From NCBI RefSeq assembly GCF_009914755.1, contig NC_060929.1: a stretch of 64,000 bases of DNA; one strand, written 5' to 3'. The stretch is from the human T2T-CHM13v2.0 reference genome, Homo sapiens. The notes under the pieces are model-generated. The model searched no databases, was not told the origin of the DNA, and saw only the letters and a list, made by a program, of their open reading frames with translations. Below are positions 26,704 to 42,131 of the stretch, piece by piece; the first letter of the stretch is position 1; each line of letters begins with the position of its first letter. A program made the translations under genes and the position numbers.

Positions 26704-29511
26704 TATTTTCCACAATTCATATACTTTTAAATGTTAACAAGCCATTTCAACTATAAAAATAACACCATGATATTTTTCTGTGTCGTCAGTGAAAAGTTGA
26801 AGTGATGTAAGGAGAATAATAAAGAACTCAGAAGACAATTATACAGCTGATGTCAATGCTGAGCACTGCTTCTCCTATCAATGATTTCCAACTGCTTTGT
26901 GAGTTCCAGGGATCTGGTCAATCCTTCCAGCCTCCTTCACTGGATGAGGATGAGAACGAGTAACAGGACTGTAGGTTTCTGGGCTGTACTCCATCCAGTT
27001 CAATCTAGCAAGATTCTGAATATAATTTTGTTTGAAGGAAAATTTGAACCCCACCTCCCCAAAAATGTAATGTTTTATCTTCTACAGATCTGGCATAGTC
27101 AGTGGCAAACGGAATTGGTCCCTATCTCTGTGACTCTGTAAATAAATGCCATTTTTATTCCATTCTGTTGGCTTGTTTCCCATAAATTTAAAAGAACATA
27201 ACAGCAACTTGCTGATTGTATTGATTTTACAACCTTGAAGGTGTTTTTAATCTGGGGAAAAGTAAACCATTATTAACAAGTTGTCACTTTCACAGCAGAT
27301 AATTCTAAGTTACAGGATTTCATTAAGAAAAGAAAAAAAATCCCCTTCCAACAATGTGGAGTGCTGGAAATGTTATTTGTTTAGCCTGTTAATTTGTAAT
27401 TTTCTAAAGGTATTGCATTTAAGGATTTTACTTGTTTACATTACATAAAAATTACATAATATTTTGAATGTTATTTATCTGAAGCTAATGCTCATCTATA
27501 TATGTTCACTGGAGGAGGAAAAAAAGCAAATGATACATTTCATCTTAATGTGTCAAGACAAGGAGGGTCACTTACAATAAAAATAAGAAAAAAAAGGTTG
27601 AGTTACATAAATAAATGATGTATGAAAAGTGTAGCTTTAAATAAGCAAGTCAATGAATTCTGATTTTGATATGTTATAAGGTACTGGTGATCTAAGGAAA
27701 GTCTCCTTTAATTTAATCTTTTCATTGTTTTTTCTACTCTAACCAGAACTCAATTAGAACAGACATCTCTCAGTTCCCAGGTAACATGATTCATTGATGT
27801 TCTGCACTTACGTTAGAATTGCCCTGACTAGAAGAAAAAAGTGCTAAGGTCAGCTGTCCCATCCTGGTATTAATTTAGAGAAACAAAGCTTGTTCTTTCG
27901 TCTCATGGAAGGAGAATACCTCCCAGAAGGGCTGAAATCCACTCCTATCATCAAACATAATTTCAGATACCAATATGGTTGCTTCTGATAATGCTCCCTA
28001 TCCTAGAATTGTGAAAAATTAGATTCGAACGATAGAGTTTGATCCTGAACAAGTGTTTGTATCCCAAATCACGGTTGATAATAGGAGAGAATTTCAGTCT
28101 CACTCCATGGTGTAAAGAAATTTAATCCAACATGCTGTTTCAGAGATCACTTTCTGAAAATACTAAACTGATATTTTTATTTCTTTCCATTGTGAAACAG
28201 ATACCTGGGCAGTCATTCCACATGATGTGCCAAGGAAAGAGAGCAAATACCCCCTTGAAGCTGCATATGGCATGCTGAGCAGAAGAGAGCCTGGTGTCAG
28301 GGAGAAACTCAGAGTGGCAGGAACAGCAGGCATGCAAACCCATCTCTTCAAGCAATGTTCCTAGACAAAGTATAGGTGAGTTTGGAAGAAAAACAGAAAA
28401 ATCAGGAAGTGATAGCCCAAGAGTCCCCTGTTCCCTTCAGGCCACTCCCATTCACACATGTACATTCTACCTTCTACCTACCCAAGACAGGTAAAGGAAA
28501 ATCAAACTGGCCTTGAGCCTCATCTAATATGGCAGAAGAAGCACTTCATTTTGGCCCCCAAGAATTTCCTATGGGCCCTATGTGGCTACAACCATGTCCA
28601 AGAGCTTTCTTCCACCAACCCCATGAAAGGACCACAAGGTTGTAGATGGTGCTGATTGGCAAGCTGACCAGGAAGGTCACTGCAGCTGGATATCAGCAAT
28701 CTTGTAGCCAGGGCAGCAAGGCCAGAATTAGGAATCTTTTCAAGGTCAGGAATGCCAACTACTCCCTTGGAGAGAGAGAGATGACAAAAGAAAATCTGAA
28801 AGACAAGGGCATCTGAAAAAGACTGAGTAAATTAATGGAATGGCCTGAGTTTATTGATCTAGATACCTTTTCTGCCCTACACATAGGAGAATGAATGGGA
28901 GTACAAATAGGTAATTGGGCATGTACAGTTACAATCTTTGTATGTGTGATTACAGCGTGTACATTAGTCACCACAATACAATGCTTTTCAAGGCTCATCT
29001 GGCTGATAATCTTCCAGAAAATAAAACTGTAAATTCTAGACAATCTGTGTGCCACCTGAGGATGTGATAGAGATAGTGAAGATGAGATATATTAAAACAA
29101 TTCAAATTACTAATAAAATATAAATTTTGTGAATAAGAGGTTTAATTTCTAATACTTTGGTTTCAACAAACCTGTTTCATGAACCGCTCTGGCAAATTAC
29201 AAGACTATTTTTTATAAAAGAAAAAGGTCAGATCTTTGAGATAGTTTTTAAATAAAACTGAAGAAGAGTTCTTGTGGAGTCTTAATGTTCTTAATAGTCT
29301 TTTTGTTGGTACTTCTTTTAACCATGTCTATGGAAGAACATAATGGGATAATTCTTTTGTCAAAAAAACAGATGTGATTGTGTAAAAGGTAAAAATAACC
29401 AATGCAGAAATATATTCAAGTTTGTTTTTGTTCTTTTCTGAAGATAAACTCTGCTTTTCTATGTTCATTTAGAAGTATAATTTTAAGACAATTGTTGATT
29501 CAGGGAAATAG

Positions 29512-29610
29512 GTATATATATATATACGTACATATAGATATGTTTATATATATGTATACATGTATGTCAATAATGTATATTTAATATATGTGTATATATA
29601 CATCTATATT
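29512..29610. repeat. (TA)-rich low-complexity tract
   Basis: Directly visible. Confidence 0.8.
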
Positions 29611-29878
29611 TTTCTGGGTTTTTCACTCAATTCTTTAGAAGATAGAGTGACTTTTTCTAATAAGTAATAACAATTATATGAGGATCCCAGTATCTGAATG
29701 TTGGGGTTACATGTGCTATCTTTCCTGAAAACTGTTTTACTTATACAAACAAGCAATCCTTTCCTCCCAGCCCAGAATCCTTTATATGTAACAACTCATA
29801 CTGATAAACGGTAATTTTAGCATAATTGGAGAATACGTAAAATAAAAACTTAATCATAAGGACTGTGGACCCTACTTT

Positions 29879-29880
<2 letters not shown>

Positions 29881-29926
<46 letters not shown>

Positions 29927-29948
29927 ATGTGTGTGTGTGTGTGTGTGT
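29881..29948. repeat. (GT)n microsatellite with one GCAT interruption
   Basis: About 68 bp of uninterrupted purine-pyrimidine alternation. Confidence 0.97.
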
Positions 29949-30584
29949 TGGGAGGAGAAGTGTTATAGGGATTGTACAGCCATCAATAAGGGTCAGATTG
30001 TAAATAACAAATGGAACAGTCTACTTTCTCCACTCCCCACTGGTCTTGACCTTTCTAAACTCTTGCACAAACATGGAGATTGAATGCTTAAAAGAATAAC
30101 GTATTTTACTACAGTATGACAGTAAACAAAAGGAAAAATCGATTTGGAAATTGAGCCATGATCTATTAAGCTATACCTATTTGTAAGGAAAACCTTGTCA
30201 GTGTAACTTATTAAAGCTTAGTGTTTCGAATTAGAAGAGCAGTTCAGCAAATGCAGAGGTGTACAGAAGCATAGTAACTTGAAGTGAATGGTAAAATGCT
30301 GCTTCTGTATATTGCCCTCCTCTCTCTGGGGTTGAAATCTTGTTGAAACTAACCATACATGTTACTTTTTACATTTATTATGAAAAACAAGAGGGAGCCC
30401 AAAATGCAACACCAATAAATAAAGGCAGAGTGAATAAAGATGAAAAAATATTGTATTGTTTTGAAGGGTTTGTAACATACTGTTCAACTCCTTTCTGATA
30501 TTTGACCTCTGAAGATAAATAAAAACATGTTAATTTCAAATTTTACATCTTGTTTCATTTGCCTTTTCAAATATAAGGTGAGCA

Positions 30585-30810
30585 GGCAGTGATAGTGTGA
30601 AACACAGAATTTAGTATAAAAGGCATTGCATTTAAAACATAACATTGATAACTCTACTAGCTATTGGACCTTGTGATAAGATATAATCTGTGTTTCAGTG
30701 TTCTCAGTATTAATAGGAACAATAATATATGTCTCTCTGGGTTGAAATAAGTGCTAAAGGTATTCATGGATATAAAGTACAAGAAAACACTCTCAAATAG
30801 TAGCTATTCA
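30585..30810 (+). mobile_element. MIR remnant
   Basis: Reads ctctactagct..gaccttg..tctgtgtttcagtgttctca..aataatatatgtctc..tagctatt. Confidence 0.55.
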
Positions 30811-30930
30811 CGATTCAAAATTACAGCTTTGGGATATTTTTGTCATTTATCTTCACCTTATAACAGAGAAGTGAATACCACCTATTCTCTGCCATTAGAA
30901 TTCTTGCAGAGTTTAAAAATAACAGATGTT

Positions 30931-33088
<2,158 letters not shown>

Positions 33089-33720
33089 AACAGATGTTGG
33101 TGAGGATGCAGAGAAAAGGGATGCTTATACACTGCTGGTAGAAATGTAAATTAGTACATGGAAAACAGTATGGAGATTTCTCAGTGAACTAAAAATAGAA
33201 CTACCATTAGTTCCAGGAATCCCACTACTGTGTATCTACCCAAGGGAAAATAAGCTGTTGTATCAAAAAGATACCTACTCTCGTACATTTATCACAGTGC
33301 TATTCACAATACCAAAGATACGAAATCAAAGTGTTCATCAGTGCATTATTGGATAAAGAAAATGCTTATACACACAAACATACACACACAATGGAATAAT
33401 ATTCAGTCATAAAAAATGAAATCATATTCTTTGCTTAGCATGGATGGAACTGGATGCCATTATCTTAGGTGAAATGACTCAAAAATAGAAAGACAAATAC
33501 ATGTTCTCACTTATAAGTAGGAAATAAACAATGTTTACACATGAACATAGTGTAGGATGATAGACATTGGGGACTGAAAGGGTGGGAGGGGTGTGAAGCA
33601 TGAGAAATTACTTAATGGGTACAGTGTACATTATTCCAGTTATGGTTACACTAAAGTGCCAGACTTCACTATACAATATATCCACATAACAAACTTATTC
33701 TCATGCCCCTTAAATCAACA
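33089..33720 (+). mobile_element. L1PB3/4-like 3' end (host of the L1PA3; its short upstream part lies at ~30870-30930)
   Basis: Reads aacagatgttggtgaggatgcagagaaaaggg..gagaaattacttaatgggtacagtgtacattatt..ccagacttcac. Confidence 0.82.
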
Positions 33721-33929
33721 CCCCCAAAAAATCTGATGATCTGATTTACTGATTCAACTGGTCTTAGGTTGGCCTGGGCTACATCCATACACACACTCTT
33801 TCTTTCTCTCTTTCTCTCTCACTATACACACCTAGGTGGCCAGCACCTCCATGTCGACAAAAAAAATTGCCATCACCCCAGACCCAGAACCTGTGCACTT
33901 TTCCAGGCACATCCTTGAGAACAATGACT

Positions 33930-35260
33930 ATACAGATGCCTAAAAGCAAGGATTAGTTTTGCCCATTTTTGTTTGTCACAACTCATCATTCAACATTATA
34001 TTTGTGATATTCATCCACGTGGTTGTTGATAGGTGTAGATAATTCAATACTATTGTAATCCATTCACTAAATATGTTACAACTTCTATATTATTCTTCCC
34101 TGAAGGGCCACTGGGCAATTTCTAGATTTTGTCTAATAAGAATAGAGCTCCTACTACATTGAAGCAAATGGATGTTTGTGAACATGTATCTGTTGGATAT
34201 GTTCCTAGTTTGGTTGAATTATTTGATTACATGGTATTCATAACATCAGATTTCACAGATGCTGATGATTTTACAAATTGACTATTTCAATTTACATTCC
34301 AACCAGAACTATATGAGAGGGCCAAAGACTAGTTTTTGTCAACACTTGGCATTTTTCATAGTTTTCATTTTAGCCATTTTTGCGAAAGTTTATTGTTGTT
34401 TCAATTTGCAGTTCTTGATGATTTGTAAAATTGAGCAATCTTTCATCACTTATTGATCACCTGGATACGTTTTTTTTTGTAATGTCTATTCAACTCTAAT
34501 TGCCTATTTCCTATTGTCTTGACTATCCTTTTATCTTAACATTATGTAGTCTGCGCATGAGGTGTTTATTCTTCTTGCTGTTGTTGTTAGATATCTGTAT
34601 TATAAATATTATATTCTACTCTGAGGACTACCATTTTAATCTCTTCATAGTATACTTTGATACTGAATTCCTTATTTGTAACATGTTGTAAAATATGTCA
34701 GGTTTATTATGTTTCCTTAGTCCTTAGTGCTTTTTGTGCACTCTTTATATATCTATTTAACAAATATTTTATGTGTTTTCTTGTGAAAGCTCTACTATTA
34801 TTCTTAAAATTAGACTAGAGTGTCCAGAAACAAAGCAGCAAACAAAATTCTGTTATATTGGAAACTTTGTCTTGTCTAATATCCCACTCCCTTAACTATT
34901 CCAACTATTTTTAAAACTTAAAGTCTATTTTGTAAGGCCTTCAGCTTAAATCTTATTTTTCTTCATTTGTATTGCCTATTTTTGCCTCTCTGCTCTTCCA
35001 TGTAAATTTCAGAATAAGTTTATCTATTTCTACCAAAAAAAAGCTGGCATTTTAATTTGGACAGTGTGGAATCTATAGATCATTTTAGGAAGAATGGACA
35101 TCTTTACAATATCAAGAGTTCTAACCCATCAAAATGGTATATTCTTCCATTTACTTAAGTATTCGGTAATTTGTCTCAATAATGTTTATAATTGTTATCT
35201 TAAATTATTGATTTTGTGCTCATATTTAAATAGATTTATTTTAAATATTTCCTTTTTTGG
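33930..35260 (-). mobile_element. Ancient L1ME-like fragments
   Basis: Antisense phrases such as aatctatagatcattttaggaagaatggacatctttacaatat and caatttacattccaaccag. Confidence 0.65.
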
Positions 35261-35264
35261 ACAT

Positions 35265-35550
35265 GTTTATGGAGATAAAATTCACCTACCATACACTTTA
35301 TCCATTTAAAATATATAATTATTACATTCAAACATGGTGAATTGTGCAGCCATCACCACACTCAAATTTAGAATATTTTCATGAAAATATGAATGAAAAT
35401 CCATACCCACTAGTAGCTACTTTACATTAAAGCTTAGATAACCACTAATCTACTTTCAGTCTCTGTAGATCTACATATTTTACACATCTCATATACATGG
35501 AATCAAACAATATGCAATCTTTTGTGACTGGCTTCTTTTACTTGAGTATA
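35265..35550 (-). mobile_element. L1MB-like 3' end
   Basis: Reads gagataaaattcacctaccata..gtgcagccatcaccaca..accactaatctactttcagtctctgtagat. Confidence 0.7.
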
Positions 35551-36284
35551 AGATTAATACACTGAGGTCCAGACATAGGTTTCTGGCCTCCATTGTGAAG
35601 CACCCAGGAGTGCCCCTAAACATCCCTAAACAATGACAGCCATGAGAAGCCCAAAGCAAGCCAGTGGTCCTATCTTTAGTTTCTGGAGAGCACTTCCTGT
35701 GTCCTCTGGCAGAAATGTTTCAGCTCCATCCCCAGTAACCAGAACAACAGCTGGAACTTCAATTTCAGAAGACAAGAAGCATATATTATGCAAGTGAGTA
35801 ACTGAGTGATGGTGACCAGGTCTAATTCCCTTTCTATATTTTGGATCCTGAAGCTATTGGCAACACAGAAACACATATTGGCTGTTTGGTCACTACTCCC
35901 CATAGGCTACAGCCCCAAATATTGTAAGATGTTGCCTCAAACTGTCATCTTAGGTTGGCTTTAAATAAATCTTTCCATCATCCTCTCTGCTGGGCTCTTT
36001 CCACTGGACACTCATGCACTGACATCCACACTTCCCCAGTTAAGAGTTGCCCCAGAGAGTATGGAATCCCCATACATCTGACTTATGCCATGGAAGGAAG
36101 TCCAGTTATCTGTAGCTTTGGAGGGAGCCCCAGGGCACCACAACAGAGCTGTCCATGCTTGGTGGGGGATACTACCAAGTGCACAGAATCGTCCAACAGA
36201 GCTGCCCTGACAACAGGTGGGCACGTGGCATGGTGCACCAAAGGTGGCTTTTACCGTATATATTTTGTTTCCTCCCTTGCTTAA

Positions 36285-36405
36285 AAGCTCCATGAACCGA
36301 AATTTTCTTTATTATGTTCAATATTTTACCCAATAAGTACTATGATGCTTGGCAAATGGTAGATTTCAATTAAGAGGTACTCAATGTATCACTGAATTAA
36401 TTTAT
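36285..36405 (+). mobile_element. L2 3' end remnant
   Basis: Reads aagctccatga..gcttggcaaatggtag..ctcaat..tgaattaat. Confidence 0.5.
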
Positions 36406-38021
36406 TTGTGAGTAAGCATGGGACTTCTTTTGGTATATTAACTATATGAAACATAACATTAAGCTCATTAAATGATAAAGTTTACTCTCTTCTTAAGGTA
36501 AATATTAGCACTTCCACAAGGTAGGAGTTAGTGATGATGTGGTGAATTTCATTGTTTATTCCAGATGACATTTTTCATCCTGTCAAAACATTAGACAGAT
36601 TGTAGGTAAGAGTCTGATGAAATGAAGACTAAGTACCGGACATGATGTTTATTCACTCAGAATCAATTTACCTTCCCCCTAAAGGGGACATTCTATTTTA
36701 TGGCAATGACTGATGATTGAAACATTTAACATGATGTAGTCACCAAAATGACATGTTTTATTAATAATAAAATTTATGGTGAAAGCATATAACAGCCACT
36801 GACATTCTGGAAAAGTAGTAATTGTTTTTACATTAAAAATAATATTTAGATGCTTTCCTCATAATCGATTAGTAGAGTGCTTAAATAAATTTATTCGTAT
36901 ACCTAACAATAGATATTTGAACTTCATATTATATCTGAAGGATTAGAAATAATTATAAACTGAAAGTTGTGCTATCTCATAATGTAAGCTGCATTTTAAA
37001 CCAAAATTCAGTTACCAAACTATTACCTATACAAGTGTTTAGTCTAGATACTCAAATTCACGCCTAAATTAGTAATGAGTTAAAAAAGAAGAAAAAGTAT
37101 CATGAAATAAAATTTTTCACCAATACACAAAAAACTTTTTGAAGAATGATTATAATAGATGTTGTCCACTCAGGAAAATATACTGAAATAGGTAAATCAC
37201 ACTTACATTAGGTTTTATCCTTAATTTTATATCAGTAGCTAATATACTAAATATTATCATTTCATTAAATCCTAAATTTAAATATTAAATAAATTTACTG
37301 TCTAAATGTTTTACCATTGACCTTTATTTTCAGCTCTTTGATAAGCATATTGAATTGCCCGTTTGAGACTTGTATGTACGATGTCACGCAAAGACCCAAA
37401 TTTATTCATCTTTAATTCAAGAATAGAAAGTTCAGCTATAGTACCGGGCGAGTGGAATTTATGATGTGAAGATGGATCTCATCTTGAAATGGCAGCCGCA
37501 TCTCATCTTGAAATGGCACTGAACTTACATTCACGCTTACAAGCACCTTTACTTGCTCACAAATATGAATCAGATACATTTATCTTTGACAACAAGAGAG
37601 AAAGAAATACAGCAATCAGTGTAATGTGCATGCAGCATCTGTTGCTTCTGTGCCAGGAAACACAACCTTCTCTCCTCAAGAAATACACATCATAGGCGTC
37701 TAGAATTTTAGATCTTGATTAGCCTCAGTATAGCCCTTTCTCATCTTTTATTAACAGTTATTTGATCTTAAATCATATGCTCCTATCACTTACCTAGGAA
37801 TGGAGAGTAAATTGTTTCTGGGTAATATTGCTCATTATTAAGCATATAATTTTACAGATAACCTTTGGAAGATAGGATTAGCGAATTGAAATTTCTGGTT
37901 GAAAGGCTTATGCGTTTATAATTTCAATGCAAATCTCACAACTGTCTTAGAAAAAAACTTTGTATGTATAGTCAGCAACATTTCTCTGAAACTTTGCTGA
38001 CACTGGGCATTGTTGAGCCTA

Positions 38022-38060
38022 TGTAAATATTTGTAATATTTGTAAATATTTGTAAATATT
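38022..38060. repeat. (TGTAAATATT)x4 tandem repeat
   Basis: Four units, the second missing one A. Confidence 0.9.
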
Positions 38061-39139
38061 CAAAGTGTCATTTAAAATATTTTTAATTTAGTTGACTAAT
38101 GATAAGCATTAGTCCATTTTTATATATGTACTGGTGGTTGTTTTCACGTTTTAATTAAAACCCCATTCATTTTTTTTCTAGCTTTTGTATATAAGTATAG
38201 CATATTAAATTTTTTCTCTACTGGAAGTGTATCTCCATCTATTTTGCAACTTAATGCCCTATTTTCCTTCAATGCCTACGTTAGTCATTCTTCACTCACT
38301 TATTTACTGTACCACACTCCAAACCTACCAAAAAAAAAAAAAAGAAAAAAATGTTTAAGAAAAATTAAAGATACACTTCAATTTTAAAGTCTCGTCTTCT
38401 TTTTTCAGCTCTTTCTTAATTCAGGTTCTTATCATCGCCTATACCCTTCCCTTGTCACCTCTGACCTCTCTCGCTGTATCTAAAATCAGGAACTATAGAA
38501 ACAGGGTGACATAAGCTTTTCTCCCTAAATACTCCTCCTGTCTTCCGATTTCCAATGAAATTATCAAGACATGCTTTTGATGTGCAAGGAATTTCAATGT
38601 TTTACCCAAGGTAGTAAAGAAAGAATCATATTAATAAAAGAGTGGTCATCAGTCATCATCTAGTTCTTTTTTTTTTTTTTTCTGAAATGTTCAACATGAC
38701 CTACTTCTAAAGAAAACTTAGAGAAAATTCCTAACGTAATCGCACTGCTTAACTTAGAAGGGTCTGAATAGCAAGATTGGACACAAGAACAGTTGGCAGG
38801 AAATTTTGTTTCCTACAACACAATTCGTTGTTGCTCTTAGCATGTGCACCCACAGAAGTCCAGTAGCCACATGGTGGATTTTAATTCAGCCTCATATTTG
38901 GCCTATATACTTATGAAAGTCAGAGATCAGGTGATTGATTCATTCACCATAACAAAAATTTCTCAGGTTGAACTAAAAGCACTGTTTGCCTACTGTCTAC
39001 AGAAACTTTTTAGAGAGGGGACTGGGGGAAAATGGCAAAATAATTTATTTCTAGGGAGAGTAAAAGCCAAATAAAATGCATTCTCTGTGGTAATTATTAC
39101 AATTGTTTGACCATAGTTTGAGTTGTTTCTTAGGTATGT

Positions 39140-39440
39140 GGTGTGATCACACACCTCTTCCTGCATTGAGGCTGGGTATTAAGATGCTACTTATCAGTTA
39201 ATGAACTATGGGCAGGAGTGTCACATGTCACTTCCAGGAAGAAGCCTTCAAGCATCTGCATGGTTTTCTACAGTAATAATGGAAGCATGTGATGAGATGG
39301 CTTCTCCATCAGCCTGGCTCCTTGAGTGGTTGTGATAGGCAGGGTCCATTGACAATCAGCACTAGACATGTGGTGTGCGTGTGACATATATCTCATCATT
39401 AACTACTCGTAGGATTTTGGAATAAATTTTGACCAATATA
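39140..39440 (+). mobile_element. Old MaLR LTR remnant (MLT1J/L-like)
   Basis: Reads gtcacatgtcacttccagg..ctccatcagcctggctccttgagt..gacatgtggtgtg. Confidence 0.55.
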
Positions 39441-39514
39441 GTCCCTTTCTTAAATATTAATTTAAGCAATTGAGGACAAAGTTGAGTTGACCAAGATATG
39501 TGAACATCAAGAAT

Positions 39515-39562
39515 GGGTGACACAGGGAGACTTCATCTCAAAAAAAAATTAAAAAATTAAAA
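39515..39562 (+). mobile_element. Severely 5'-truncated Alu (last ~26 nt plus A tail)
   Basis: gggtgacacagggagacttcatctc followed by an A-rich tail; flanked by AAGAAT at 39509-39514 and 39563-39568. Confidence 0.8.
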
Positions 39563-39861
39563 AAGAATATGGAGGTGTGGTATAAGAAATAGAAAAATTG
39601 ATATAATAAAAAAGTTGTAATTTAGTCTTAAAATAGGATTTAGATTGTATGTCATACTTAGAGATAATTATAGCATCTTTTCTGCTCTCTCCAACGACAA
39701 TAAAATGTCCATTTCTAAGGTGTTAAAATTAGAGACTACATTACCTAGCCTCCCTTACCCTCTGGCTTCTGAGCATCCAGAGAGAACATGATCAAGACAC
39801 TTCTTTCCTCTCTGCTTTCTCTGGCACTGTGTTATAGCTGGCATGTATTCCTTTATGATAA

Positions 39862-40006
39862 GTAGTTCTCTAGTAGAAAGGACATTTGACAATGCCTAGA
39901 GACCTTTTTGATTGTCACAACTCTGATGCTACAGAAATCTAGTAAGAGGACACCGAGGATGCTGATATTTTACAATGTACAGGACAACTTCTCTCCCAAA
40001 ATAACA

Positions 40007-40053
<47 letters not shown>

Positions 40054-40112
40054 ACAGAGAGAGAGAGAATTATCCAATCCTAATGCAACAGTGCCACGAT
40101 TGAGAACACCTG
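39862..40112 (+). mobile_element. MER20 (hAT-Charlie) with an internal microsatellite
   Basis: Reads ggacatttgacaatgcctagagacctttttgattgtcacaact..gaattatcc..agtgccacgattgagaacacctg. Confidence 0.8.
40008..40068. repeat. (CA)n(GA)n microsatellite
   Basis: Directly visible inside the MER20. Confidence 0.95.
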
Positions 40113-40303
40113 ATCAATGACCACAGGTCCTTGTCAGGAGCCCCTTGTCCATGGCACCAGCTCACACACAGCTCTACCTCCTCCAACTTTTAAGCTTATT
40201 ACAGGTAGTCATGTCTTCCCACTAATACTGGTCTCTGTGTGGCTCAGCAGCTTTCTTTGTTTTCTAAAGGCTAATTATACCTCCATATGTAATCCATTTA
40301 TCA

Positions 40304-40711
<408 letters not shown>

Positions 40712-41019
40712 TCATATATTTGGTTAGATGACTAACTGCAAGTAAATGAGAAACTGCTAATCCTAGACTTTTTGTTGCAGGTATAGGTCCTAGTATTGGG
40801 AGAGTATATCCCTGAGGTAGGTTTTAGTTATGGGCAGTTTTGATATGTAGAATGATTTTCAGATGTGCTAGCTATTCTGGCTAAAATAGGGAGTTATAGT
40901 ATGAGATAAATCTAAGATATTTGACCACCCAAGTCAAAGCCTAGATGGACAAGGAGATATAAGAATGATAAAAAAGGTGGAGAAACTTAAGAAATATTAA
41001 GACTTTGCATCAATCGATT

Positions 41020-42070
41020 TTCATTATCCTTGACTGAAAATGAGGAAGAGTAAGTAAAACAAGAATAACAACGACAAAAATTCTTCCCAACTACTCAGTA
41101 TTTTTCTCAAGATATGGATTGATGTTATTTGGGAGATGATATTTTCACTCATGGAGATGCATATGAAAAAAAGAAACAGATTTAAGGGACACAGTTTTTG
41201 ATGAGTTCAATGTGGATATACTGAACTTAATGTTTGTGTAACATCACAGAATGTATGCTTGTGAATAGCTGGATATAAGAATCTGGAATTAAAGAGAATG
41301 ATATGAGATAAATATGGAGATATGGGAGTCACCGGAATAAAAATAATCTTAATACCAACAAGTAGCAATTGCTAGATATCAATTACTGTTCTATGTGCCT
41401 TGTATAAATTAATGTCACTTAATCTCCACAGTAACAAAATGAGGTAGATAATATTATTGGATTACTATCCATCAGAAGAGAAAACTGCGACACAGAGGAT
41501 TAAATGTCTTGCCCAAGCTCACAGATCTTGTAATTAATGGTGGTGAGATTTGTACCCAAGCAAACTGCAGGAGGACCCAGTCTCTGACATACAGTATGTA
41601 CTGCTTCTTAAGACGTGGTCATTGAAACAATGAGAAAAGGTGATATCAACCAGAGAAAACTTCTTAAATGACAATAAAATGTCCCGAGACTGGAGTATTA
41701 TGGAAAATAGACAATAAAGATACTGGCAGAGGATGAGGAGATTGGGAAAGGAATAGAAATGGACCCACCAGAAAAGTAACCAAAGGCTCGAGGGCCATGA
41801 TGTCTAAGACAATTGTGCTCCCCAGGAGCAAGAGGATGGTGAGTTGGTAGTTTAAAAGCCATCAAATTAGGAAAGTGACCTGGAATATAAAAATAAAAGA
41901 CATGGGCTGTGCTTCACATTTAAGAAGCTCAAGGATGACCTCGTTGTAGAACTGCAACAAGGTGAAATGTTGAATAGCCGAAGAGCATAGGGAATAATCA
42001 TTAACAAAGGACTCAGGAGAAGCAGTGGCTTGCCTTTTTGAGAATTTGAGGTACAATATTTAAGAAGTCA
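41020..42070 (-). mobile_element. L2 remnant interrupted by a MIR (~41370-41610)
   Basis: L2 phrases (gatgagttcaatgtggatatactgaa, ggagatatgggagtca) flank a MIR core (gaaaactgcgacacagaggattaaatgtcttgcccaagctcacag). Confidence 0.6.
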
Positions 42071-42131
42071 ATTAACCTTTTTCAAGTTCTGGACATAAAC
42101 ATTTTATTGTAAAATGAGTGTGATCCCCAAT

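Noticed and set aside
37476-37518. Direct repeats with spacer as a CRISPR-like array (also 60153-60241 and 63062-63105)
   Set aside because: Only two copies each, spacers too short, eukaryotic context and no cas genes.
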